A stretch of DNA of 64,000 bases from an uncultured Chloroflexia bacterium (GTDB taxonomy: Bacteria; Chloroflexota; Anaerolineae; Anaerolineales; RBG-16-64-43). Below, piece after piece: positions 39,667-48,429 of this stretch. Below the pieces are notes generated by a model. The model made no database searches. It worked only from the letters and a program-made list of their open reading frames with translations, and was not told where the DNA came from. The translations under genes were made by a program, and so were the position numbers. The stretch lies in NCBI GenBank assembly GCA_963712475.1, contig CAVQIA010000006.1:70290-134289 (forward strand). The letters run 5' to 3'. Within the stretch, counting starts at the first letter, position 1, and each line of letters opens with the position of its first letter.

Positions 39667-40392
39667 ATGCGCCTCGAGCCGCCCGTGCCCGTCTCACGCG
39701 AAGAGTACACCCTCAATGTCCGGGATATCGAACCGCTGCTCCAGGGCTACCCTATGGCGATGAAGCCATGGCCCCCGGCGACGATCAAGCTCCCGACCGG
39801 TGAGTTGATGTTCATTCGAGAGGCGAAGATCGAGGAAGCCAAGACACTTATGCAGTACGTCCGCAAAGTCATGGATATCGAGCACGACTTCTATGACATT
39901 GTCGGCGCCAGGGTGTACGCCGAGCTGCTCGGGTGGTACCGCAAGCGCCTCAAGGATCCGTACGTCATGATCGGGATGATCGACGGTAAGCTGGCCGGGC
40001 TGGTCAATGGCCGCCTGATGAACGAAGACATCAACATCAGCCATCACACGATGACCTTCCATCGCGGCGGCCGCCTGGGCGCCGCGCTCTTCTATTGCAA
40101 GGCGTACTATGCCTTCGAGATTCTTGGCCAGAAGGAATTCTGGTCGACGTATGAGAGCTACAATGGCTGGCGCATCGGCTTCTTGGGTATGGCGCAGCCC
40201 AGCTACCCCTGGCCCGATGTTCAGCACGAGTTGGGTGGAGCCCGGGTGTACTACGTCACCAAGAAGTATTGGGACCAAGCGATCAAGAAGTACTCCGAAC
40301 AGCTGGTGGGCGCGCCGCTCAACTTCGATGTGCCGGAGAAGCTGATCAAGGCCAATGAGAAGTTCGTCGTGCCTGACGAAGTGACGGTCTAG
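39667..40392 (+). CDS. Atypical GNAT-like protein, paralog 1 (unknown function)
   Basis: 241 aa from residue 186 of ORF 39112..40392 (MRLEPPVPV). It is a clear paralog of 61715..62404, sharing DFYDIVGARVYAELLGWYRKR / DYYDIVSARLYGELLAWFRYR, GLVNGRLMNE / GIVNGRLENE and HELGG. The acetyl-CoA loop is degenerate (HRGGRLGAALF instead of RGxGxG). Confidence 0.6.
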   Translation: MRLEPPVPVSREEYTLNVRDIEPLLQGYPMAMKPWPPATIKLPTGELMFIREAKIEEAKTLMQYVRKVMDIEHDFYDIVGARVYAELLGWYRKRLKDPYVMIGMIDGKLAGLVNGRLMNEDINISHHTMTFHRGGRLGAALFYCKAYYAFEILGQKEFWSTYESYNGWRIGFLGMAQPSYPWPDVQHELGGARVYYVTKKYWDQAIKKYSEQLVGAPLNFDVPEKLIKANEKFVVPDEVTV

Positions 40393-40657
40393 CCTGCAGT
40401 CGATGCCGTGCCGCACGACCATTTCCCACCGAGCGCCGATAAGGTGACCCGGGGTTGCCGCCGGGTGGAGAATCGGGGCATGACCTGCGATTGCGGCCAA
40501 GCTCAGCTTGGACGCACGGCACGAGCCGGACGGGTTCACACCTGACGTTGCGTTGTGCTTAGCACCCCCCCTATCCTGAGCCGGGAAGGGGGGTAAGGAT
40601 CGGCATCCCAAAAACCTGGACAGATCGGCCACCCATATCCAGCAGAAGAGAGGCCCG

Positions 40658-42390
40658 ATGGCAGTAACCAAGGCTGAAGTTCGTTCGGGCGCCTATTACG
40701 ACTCAGTCGTCCTGATGCAGTTGCAGCGCGACTTGACGGAACAACCCGGCGTCCTGGATGCCGGAGTTGTCATGGGTACCGGCGCCAACAAGGAAGTCCT
40801 GGCGGAGAGCAACCTGCTGGTCCCTGAAGCCGAAGCTGCGGGCAATGACGATCTCATCATCGTCGTGCGCGGCACAGATGAGACCTCGGCTCGGGCGGCT
40901 CTGGCAAAGGTGGATGAGCTCGTGGCCGCACGCCATGGACGGGGAGGGGACCAAGAGTACCATCCCCGCAGCCTCGAGACCGCGGTCAAGATGTTGCCCG
41001 AGGCCCAGTGGGTCCTGGTTTCCGTTCCAGGGCGATACGCTGCCGGGGTGACGCGCCAGGCCTTGGGTCTCAACAAGCACATCTTCCTCTACAGTGACAA
41101 CGTCACCCTCGAAGATGAAGTCGCGCTCAAACAGGAAGCGGCCCGCAAAGGGCTCCTAGTCATGGGGCCGGATTGCGGCACAGCGATTGTGAACGGGATC
41201 GGCCTGGGGTTTGCCAACAAGGTCCGCAAGGGGCCGATTGGACTCGTGGCGGCATCCGGGACCGGCCTGCAGCAAGTCACGGTGCGCATTCATCAGATGG
41301 GAGGCGGCATCACGCATGCCCTGGGGACCGGGGGGCGTGACCTCTCGGAGGCCGTCAACGCCATCACCGCGCGTCAGGGGCTCGATCTGATGGCTCGCGA
41401 CCCGGACGCCAAGGTCATCGTCCTCGTCTCGAAGCCGCCCTCCTCCAAGATCGCGGATACCCTGGTCCAGGCGGCGCGTTCGGTCGGCAAGCCCGTGGTG
41501 GTCGATTTCATTGGCTACGCCACCGCCTCACGTCGGGTGGACAACGTTTTCTTTGCCACGACTTTCGATGAAACCGCTGAGCTCGCCATCCGTCTGGTCG
41601 ACTCGCCTGAGGACTTCACGTCGCAGCCGGACCGATCCAAATTCGCGCCCGGTCAGCGCTACCTGCGCGGCCTCTTCTCGGGCGGGACGTTACAGTACGA
41701 GGCACTGCTGATCCTGCAGAACTACGTTCCCGTGGTCTACTCGAACGCCCCGCTCGACAAGAAGAACAAGCTCGAAGAACTCTCTGGTCAGCAAAGCGCA
41801 CACGATCATCGACCTGGGCGAGGACGAGTTTACAGTCGGCCGTCTGCATCCGATGATGGACAACGATCTCCGCATTCGGCGAACTCGAGAAAGAAGCCTC
41901 CGACCCGGAGGTGGCCGTCATCCTGCTGGACGTGGTTCTAGGCTTCGGCGCGCACAGCGATCCGGCGAGCGAGTTGGCTCCGGCGATCGCCGCCGCCATC
42001 CAGTCTGCACAGCAGGCCGGCCGGCACCTGGAGGTGGTGGCGATCGTCAGCGGCACCGATGGAGACCCGCAGGGGATCGAAGCGCAAATCAAGCGGCTGA
42101 GAGATGCCGGTGCCAAAACCGAGACCAGCAACGATGCAGCCGCTCGCTATGTGGGTCGATTGCTCCAAGCGATTGAACGCGCAACCCCGCCCGGCACCGG
42201 GCCGACGGCGATGCCGGTCGACCTGCGGGCGCTCAAGCAACCCATGGCGGGCATCAACGTTGGCCTGGAGTCCTTTGCGGAGAGCCTGACGGCGCAGGGG
42301 GCCCAGGCTGTTCACGTGGACTGGAAGCCCGTCGCCGGATCCAGTGAACGGTTGGTGAGTATTCTGGAGCGGATGAAAAAAGCGCAATAG
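40658..42390 (+). pseudogene. fdrA: FdrA-like protein (succinyl-CoA-synthetase-alpha-like CoA-binding/ligase fold), interrupted by two frameshifts (about 41780-41790 and 41880-41900)
   Basis: ORF 40658..41941 reads YYDSVVLMQL...VSVPGRYAAGVTRQAL...VMGPDCGTAIVNGIGLGFAN...GLVAASGTGLQ..THALGTGGRD. The next block SKAHTIIDLGEDEFTVGRLHPMMDNDLRIR is in a second frame (ORF 41853..42176). The rest, ELEKEASDPEVAVILLDVVLGFGAHSDPA..., is in ORF 41911..42390. Confidence 0.8.
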
Positions 42391-42559
42391 GTCTATTCCC
42401 ACCGGCGCCGAAGGTCACACGACCCTCGGCCCAGCCCTGTGCCACTCTGACCCAGGGTTCTCCGGCGGTAGCATTCCCGCTTGCGCAATTGCGGGCGAAG
42501 GGCCCTGCAGGAGTCCACGCGCAGGACGGACCGAAGGCCACCCCGCCGACGATCTGGAG

Positions 42560-43807
42560 GTGCTCATGGATATCGAAAAGGCGAACGCCCAAGTCACCCA
42601 GCGCATGATGGACTCCCGGCCGATCGCAACCACGTTGGCCAAGGCAATTGAGGTCGTGCCCGGGCTGCGCGAGAATATGCTCCTGCACGCGGGCCCTCCG
42701 GTGACCTGGGAGCGCATGTCTGGCCCGATGCGCGGCGCGATGATGGGGGCCCTGATTCTCGAGGGCAAGGCCAAGAGCGGTGACGACGCAGAGAAGATGC
42801 TCAAGTCGGGCAAGATCGAGTTCTCGCCCTGCCATGAGCACATGTGCGTCGGCCCCATGGCCGGCGTGATCTCGCCTTCCATGCTGGTGTATGTCATCGA
42901 GAATCAGACCTACAAGATCACGTGCTTCTCCAATCTCAATGAGGGCCGCGGCAAAGTCCTGCGCATGGGCGCCTACGGGCCGGAGGTCCTGGAGAAGCTG
43001 CGCTGGATGGAGTCCACTCTCGGGCCGACGATCAAAGCTGCATTGGAGGCCATCGGCGGCGTGGATGTCCGCTCCATCCTGGCAAAGGCGCTCCACATGG
43101 GCGATGACGGACACAACCGTCTGGACGCCGCCTCGGTCCTGTGGACCACTCAACTCGCACCGTTCATCGCCAAGACCGCCAAAGACTCCGCCACGGCGTT
43201 CGAGGTCATCAAGTTCCTTGGCGAGAACGCCTTGAGCATTCTCAACCCGGTCATGGCCGGCTGCAAGACGATGACCGCCGCCGGTCACAATGTGGAAGGC
43301 AGCACCATCGTCACCATCATGGCGCGCAATGGAACCGATTTCGGCATCCAGGTCAGCGGCCTGGGCGACAAATGGTTCACGGCGCAGTCCCCGATAGTCA
43401 AGGCGCTCTACTTCCCGGGCTTCACAGAGTCGGACGCCTGCCGCGACATCGGTGACAGTGTCATCACCGAAACGGCCGGCATCGGGGGCTTTGCCATGGC
43501 GGCCGCTCCCGCTCTGGTCACCTTCATTGGCGGCGTGCCGCGGGACGCTATTAACACGACCCTCGACATGTACGAAATCACCTATGCCGAACACAAGCAA
43601 TTCACCATCCCTTACCTGGATTTCCGCGGCACCCCGACCGGAATCGATATCCGCAAGGTGGTGGAAAAGCAGATCGCCCCGCGGGTGAACACGGGCGTCG
43701 CGCACAAGGACCCAGGAATTGGTCAAGTCGGGGCGGGCGTCGTTTCTGCCCCCTTAAGCATGTTCGAAGACGCACTGGTGGCCTTCGCTGATCGTTACGG
43801 CTTCTAA
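42560..43807 (+). CDS. DUF1116-family protein (YlbE-like partner of FdrA)
   Basis: 415 aa. The pattern LLHAGPPVTWERMSGPMRGA...FSPCHEHMCVGPMAGVISPSM...NEGRGKVLRMGAYGPEV...MGDDGHNR...TIMARNGTDFGIQVSGLG matches what I recognise as YlbE/DUF1116. It lies directly downstream of fdrA, as in the E. coli fdrA-ylbE arrangement. Confidence 0.8.
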   Translation: MLMDIEKANAQVTQRMMDSRPIATTLAKAIEVVPGLRENMLLHAGPPVTWERMSGPMRGAMMGALILEGKAKSGDDAEKMLKSGKIEFSPCHEHMCVGPMAGVISPSMLVYVIENQTYKITCFSNLNEGRGKVLRMGAYGPEVLEKLRWMESTLGPTIKAALEAIGGVDVRSILAKALHMGDDGHNRLDAASVLWTTQLAPFIAKTAKDSATAFEVIKFLGENALSILNPVMAGCKTMTAAGHNVEGSTIVTIMARNGTDFGIQVSGLGDKWFTAQSPIVKALYFPGFTESDACRDIGDSVITETAGIGGFAMAAAPALVTFIGGVPRDAINTTLDMYEITYAEHKQFTIPYLDFRGTPTGIDIRKVVEKQIAPRVNTGVAHKDPGIGQVGAGVVSAPLSMFEDALVAFADRYGF

Positions 43808-43835
43808 ACCAATCCTCAACCTGACGGAGGCGAGC

Positions 43836-45509
43836 ATGGACCGCGAATCCTTCATCACAATGATGGCCCAGGCCAAGCTGCACGACCTGACCCAAGCCTG
43901 CAGCGTGTTCACTCCCCCTTGGCCCGGGGAGAAATCGCTCGAAGTGCACTTTTTCAAGCGCGTCACCGGCGCATACGGCGGCGGCCAGGGCGCCAACGGC
44001 CAGATCCTCAACTGGAGCAACACGGTCGGCACGCACCTGGTGGGCGAACGGGCATTCCATTCCGGCGGCCGCGCCATCGCGGATATTCCCCTGAAAGACC
44101 TATCCGGTCCCGGCGTGATCGTCGACATCTCGGACATGGTTTCGGATTACAGCATCATCACCCCAGAGATGATCACCAAGAAGGTCGAGGTCAAGAAGGG
44201 TGACATCCTGATCATCAACACCGGGTATCACAAGTACTCGTGGGACCAACCCCAGGTGAACAACCCGAAGGCGCAGGGCGGCGTGGAATCCATGGAATTC
44301 GGCTTCCTCGTCCGCCATCCGGGTCCCTCCATGGCCTTCTACAAGTGGGCCCTGGATATGAAGCTCAAGGTCATCGGAGTGGACTGCGGCGCCGCTGAGC
44401 ACCCGATGAACACCCCGATCCGACGCATGCACGAGAACCACTTCAAGCTGGCCGAGGAGAAGCTGAAGCGGGAAACCGGCAAGACCTGGGACGAGACCTT
44501 CCCGCAGGGCGAGTACTACGAGCTCACCCACATCACCATGCCCAAGCAGCATCTCGTCTTGGCCGAGTGCATCGTCGGCGAAATCGACCAGCTGAAGAAC
44601 AAGCGCGCCTGGATCCAGATCATGCCGATCCCCTTCATGGAAGTGGAGACCGCCTGGGCGCGTGTCTCCGCGCTGACCGCTCCGGCCGGCATGAGCGAAG
44701 ATGCGTTCCTGACCGCGATGCAGGGCTCGGAGATGATCGACATGACCGTGCCCTTCAGCGTCCAGACCCCGCAGTGGCTCAACTACATTCCGCTGAGCGT
44801 CACCTTCACCAAGCGCGTGGGCGGGCAGTATTTCGGCATGGGACGCAACGGGTCGATCTGCAATGCCAGTATCCACCTTGGCACGCACATGGACGGCGAG
44901 AAGCACTTCTACCCCAACGGACGGACGATTGGTCAAGTGCCGCTCTCGGAATGGGTCGGCCCCGGGGTCATCGCCGACATCTCCACCTTGGTCAGCGACT
45001 CGAGTGTCTACACGCCCAAGATGATCCAGGGAGTGGTCGACATCCGCAAGGGAGACATCCTGGTCATCAAGACCGGCTGGAACAAGTTTGGCTGGTGCAG
45101 CAAGGATTCGGATGAGTTTCGCTATATGGTCAAGCACCCGGGTCCTTCGGCCGATTTCTCCAAGTGGGCGGCCGATCTGGGGCTCAAGTGGATCGGCGTG
45201 GACGCCGTATCGGCGGACCACCCGATGAACACCATCATGCGCCTGTGGCACCCCAAGACGTTTGCCGAGGCCAACGCCAAGCTGGTCAAAGATTTCGGCA
45301 AGGACTGGGACCAGATGTACCCGCTTGAAGGTTTCTATCAGGACATGCACCTCAACCTGTTCCCCAAGAAGATCGTACACGCCGAGAACCTTGCAGGAGA
45401 TATCGCCGGCGCGCAGAGCGGCCGCTACTACATTGGCTGCTATCCGCAGAAAGCCATGGAAGCGGAGTCGATGTGGGCTCGCTTCGTGGCCTTCAAAGAG
45501 GGCCGGTGA
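43836..45509 (+). CDS. Tandem-duplicated cyclase-family (kynurenine-formamidase/isatin-hydrolase-like) protein; N-terminal copy has a degenerate metal motif
   Basis: 557 aa made of two homologous halves. Half 2 keeps the HxGTHxDxxxH motif (HLGTHMDGEKHF), and half 1 reads TVGTHLVGERAF at the aligned place. Both halves share GDILxIxTGxxK/HxxW, HPGPS, IGVDxxxAxHPMNT and AExxxGxI with the stand-alone paralog at 60749..61630. Confidence 0.78.
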   Translation: MDRESFITMMAQAKLHDLTQACSVFTPPWPGEKSLEVHFFKRVTGAYGGGQGANGQILNWSNTVGTHLVGERAFHSGGRAIADIPLKDLSGPGVIVDISDMVSDYSIITPEMITKKVEVKKGDILIINTGYHKYSWDQPQVNNPKAQGGVESMEFGFLVRHPGPSMAFYKWALDMKLKVIGVDCGAAEHPMNTPIRRMHENHFKLAEEKLKRETGKTWDETFPQGEYYELTHITMPKQHLVLAECIVGEIDQLKNKRAWIQIMPIPFMEVETAWARVSALTAPAGMSEDAFLTAMQGSEMIDMTVPFSVQTPQWLNYIPLSVTFTKRVGGQYFGMGRNGSICNASIHLGTHMDGEKHFYPNGRTIGQVPLSEWVGPGVIADISTLVSDSSVYTPKMIQGVVDIRKGDILVIKTGWNKFGWCSKDSDEFRYMVKHPGPSADFSKWAADLGLKWIGVDAVSADHPMNTIMRLWHPKTFAEANAKLVKDFGKDWDQMYPLEGFYQDMHLNLFPKKIVHAENLAGDIAGAQSGRYYIGCYPQKAMEAESMWARFVAFKEGR

Positions 45510-45558
45510 GGCATCGTGCGGAAGGCCTTCGGCGAGGATCGGCTCGCGTGGGTCGGAG

Positions 45559-46422
45559 ATGATTCTGATCACCGGTGCGGCCGGCAAAACGGGTCGGGCA
45601 GTGTTGCGTGCGCTGGCCGGCCGGGCGGAGCCTGTCCGGGCACTCATCCACCACCCCGAGCAGGCGTCATCGGTCCAAGCCCTGGGCGCCCAGGAGACGA
45701 TGGTCGGAGACCTGCTCAACCGGGCCGACGTGCAGCGTGCCGTGGATGGGGTGCGAGCCATCTACCACATGGCGCCCAACGTGAGCCCGCACGAGATTCC
45801 CATGGGCCAGGCCGTCATCTCCGCTGCACGATCTGCCGGCGTCGAGCGCCTAGTGTTACACTCAGTGCTGCACCCGCACATCGAGGCCATGCCGCACCAC
45901 TGGCAGAAGGCGCGTGTCGAGGAGCTGCTCTTCGCCTCCGGCGTGCCCTTCACGATCCTGCAGCCGACCGCCTACATGCAGAATGTCGCCGCAGCCTGGG
46001 ATCAGATCCTGGCGCGGGGCCGGTATCCGGTGCCGTACTCGCCTGAGACGCGTCTGAGCTTGGTCGACCTTCCGGACGTGGCCCAGGCGGCGGCCCGGGT
46101 GCTCACGGAGCCCGGACACACGGGCGCCACGATCGAATTGGTCGGCACGCCGGGCATCTCGCCTCGCGAGATCGCAGATTTGGTGAGCGCCGAATTGAAA
46201 CGCCACGTGACTGTTGAGGTGATATCGCTGGAGGCGTGGGAACGCGGGGCCCGGGCGTCCGGGCTGGGAGAGTATCAGGTCTCGGCGCTCATCAAGATGT
46301 TCGCCTACTATGAACAACACGGACTCACGGGTAACCCGCAGGCGTTGACAACGGTCCTCGGGAAGACGCCCACGTCCTTCCCGGCATTCGTCCGGCGCGT
46401 CGTCCAGGAACACGAACTTTGA
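45559..46422 (+). CDS. NmrA-family NAD(P)-binding protein
   Basis: 287 aa from residue 100 of ORF 45262..46422, with the MILITGAAGKTGRAVLRAL Rossmann start and an NmrA-like layout (ILQPTAYMQN...). Confidence 0.78.
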   Translation: MILITGAAGKTGRAVLRALAGRAEPVRALIHHPEQASSVQALGAQETMVGDLLNRADVQRAVDGVRAIYHMAPNVSPHEIPMGQAVISAARSAGVERLVLHSVLHPHIEAMPHHWQKARVEELLFASGVPFTILQPTAYMQNVAAAWDQILARGRYPVPYSPETRLSLVDLPDVAQAAARVLTEPGHTGATIELVGTPGISPREIADLVSAELKRHVTVEVISLEAWERGARASGLGEYQVSALIKMFAYYEQHGLTGNPQALTTVLGKTPTSFPAFVRRVVQEHEL

Positions 46423-46985
46423 GCACCGAGTTGGCGAACTACCTGGAACGAATCGAGGACCTGCGCGGACAGGTCTCGGCTCTCGTCGCCGGCTTGACGG
46501 CGGAAGCCATCAACTGGCGGCCGCTGCAAGGGACCGGGGCCCATGCCACCAATTCCCTGGCGGCACTGGCCGCCCATTGCGCCGGGGCCGAGCATTTCTG
46601 GATCGCGGAGGTTGTCGGCGGTCGTCCGGCGACCCGCAACCGGGAGGCGGAGTTCGAGACACGGGCGGCCGCCTCAGCGGACATCATCCTGCTGCTAGAG
46701 AAGGTGGGGGCGGAGACCCGGCAGGTCTTTGTGACGCTCAATGACACCGATCTGAATGAGACGCGTGAGACCGCGGGTCGCACGATGCCCATACGTTGGT
46801 GCCTGTTGCATGTGATCGACCATACTTCCCTTCACTTGGGGCACATGCAGGTCACTTTCCAACTGTGGGCAGGCGGCCAGAGCTTTCCGTCGCCGCACTG
46901 GTTCGAACGCTTGCCCCATCAACCCAAACGCGAGCAAAGCCCCACTCATGGCATGGCCGATCGTCCTGGAGATGAGAGTCTATGA
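46419..46985 (+). CDS. DinB/YfiT-like four-helix-bundle metalloprotein family
   Basis: 188 aa with the typical DinB spacing of His residues (AAHCAGAEHFW ... HVIDHTSLHLGHM). Its start overlaps the NmrA stop and its end overlaps the next gene start, which suggests translational coupling. Confidence 0.7.
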   Translation: MSTELANYLERIEDLRGQVSALVAGLTAEAINWRPLQGTGAHATNSLAALAAHCAGAEHFWIAEVVGGRPATRNREAEFETRAAASADIILLLEKVGAETRQVFVTLNDTDLNETRETAGRTMPIRWCLLHVIDHTSLHLGHMQVTFQLWAGGQSFPSPHWFERLPHQPKREQSPTHGMADRPGDESL

Positions 46986-47863
46986 AGCCAGCCCCCTTCG
47001 ACTACTACGCGCCCACAACAGTAGAGCAAGCTCTGGCTCACCTGGCCGAGTACGGGGAAGATGCCAAAGTCCTCGCCGGCGGGCAGAGCTTGGTCCCGAT
47101 GATGAACTTCCGGCTGGTCCAGCCCTCCGTATTGGTGGACCTCAACTCCATCCCGGACCTGGCGTACATTCGCCCCGACGAGGATGGCGGCGTGCGCATC
47201 GGAGCCCTGACCCGTCACTTTCAGGTTGAGATGGATCCTCTGGTTGAGGCACGGGTGCCGCTGCTGCACGAAGCCGTGCCCAAGATTGGCTATCCACAAA
47301 TCCGACGGCGCGGCACGTTTGGCGGGAGCATTTGCCATGCAGATCCGTCGGCGGAGCTCGTCACTGTGAGCGTTGCCCTGAACGGGCGCTTCCGGCTGCG
47401 CAGCCCCAAAGGTGAACGATGGGTCCCGGCGGAGGAGTTCTTCATCGGCTTGTTCACCACGGTCTTGCAGCCGGGTGAGCTGATGGTCGAGGCGGCCCTG
47501 CCACAATGGCCGGCACGCACCGGAGAGTCCTTTATCGAGGTGGCTCGCCGCAGTCACGACTTCGCGCTGGTCGGAGTTGCGGCCGTGGTGACTTTGGACG
47601 CGAAGGGCATCTGCCGGCAGGTGCGAATGGTGTTCATGAGCGCCGGGGACCGGCCGATGCTCGCGCGACGAGCGGCAGAGGCGCTGATCGGGCAGCGGCC
47701 CACACCGGAAGCGATACAGGCCGCGGCCGAAATCGCCGCCTCGGACGACATCGACCCGAGCAGCGACATTCACGCCACAGCGGAATTCCGCCGCCATCTG
47801 GCAAAGGTCCTGGGTCAGCGTGCCCTCGAGCGGGCATGCCAACGAGCCGCGGAGAAGAAATAA
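46982..47863 (+). CDS. Molybdenum hydroxylase (xanthine dehydrogenase/CoxM family) FAD-binding medium subunit, operon 1
   Basis: 293 aa with FDYYAPTTVEQALAHL, VLAGGQSLVPMMNFRL, RRRGTFGGSICHADPSAEL and ATAEFRRHLA. Confidence 0.9.
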   Translation: MKPAPFDYYAPTTVEQALAHLAEYGEDAKVLAGGQSLVPMMNFRLVQPSVLVDLNSIPDLAYIRPDEDGGVRIGALTRHFQVEMDPLVEARVPLLHEAVPKIGYPQIRRRGTFGGSICHADPSAELVTVSVALNGRFRLRSPKGERWVPAEEFFIGLFTTVLQPGELMVEAALPQWPARTGESFIEVARRSHDFALVGVAAVVTLDAKGICRQVRMVFMSAGDRPMLARRAAEALIGQRPTPEAIQAAAEIAASDDIDPSSDIHATAEFRRHLAKVLGQRALERACQRAAEKK

Positions 47864-47864
47864 G

Positions 47865-48383
47865 ATGGCCACCACGGAGCCAACCATGCCCAAGCTGTTC
47901 GATCTGGCCCTGACCGTCAACGGCGAGCGTTATGAACGAGCCGTTGAACCGCGCCTGCTGCTCAGCGATTTCCTGCGTCACAGCCTCGGCCTGAGCGGGA
48001 CCCATGTGGCCTGCGAGCACGGCGTGTGCGGGGCCTGCACCGTCCTGCTCGAGGGGGAACCGGTGCGCTCGTGTCTGCTCTTTGCCGTACAGGCGCATGG
48101 GCGCAGTGTGACCACGGTCGAAGGTCTCGGCGACATGGACCGGCTGCACCCGGTGCAGGAGGCGTTCCGGCAAGCGCACGGTGTGCAGTGCGGATTCTGC
48201 ACGCCTGGGATCCTGACCACCGTGGTGGCCTTCCTGGCCAGGAACGCCGACCCGACCGAGGAAGAGATTCGCGAAGCCCTTTCCGGGAATCTATGCCGCT
48301 GCACGGGCTACCAACATATCGTGGACGCCGTGCAGCTGGCCGCCAAGAACATGAAGACCGCACAACAGCAGCCCGCCCGTTGA
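47865..48383 (+). CDS. Molybdenum hydroxylase [2Fe-2S] small subunit (CoxS family), operon 1
   Basis: 172 aa from residue 16 of ORF 47820..48383. Both cluster motifs are present: CEHGVCGACTV and CGFCTPG...CRCTGY. Confidence 0.92.
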   Translation: MATTEPTMPKLFDLALTVNGERYERAVEPRLLLSDFLRHSLGLSGTHVACEHGVCGACTVLLEGEPVRSCLLFAVQAHGRSVTTVEGLGDMDRLHPVQEAFRQAHGVQCGFCTPGILTTVVAFLARNADPTEEEIREALSGNLCRCTGYQHIVDAVQLAAKNMKTAQQQPAR

Positions 48384-48429
48384 TGGAGGCACCTTCCATC
48401 CGTCGTGGGGTGACCCCAGGAGCAGATCT

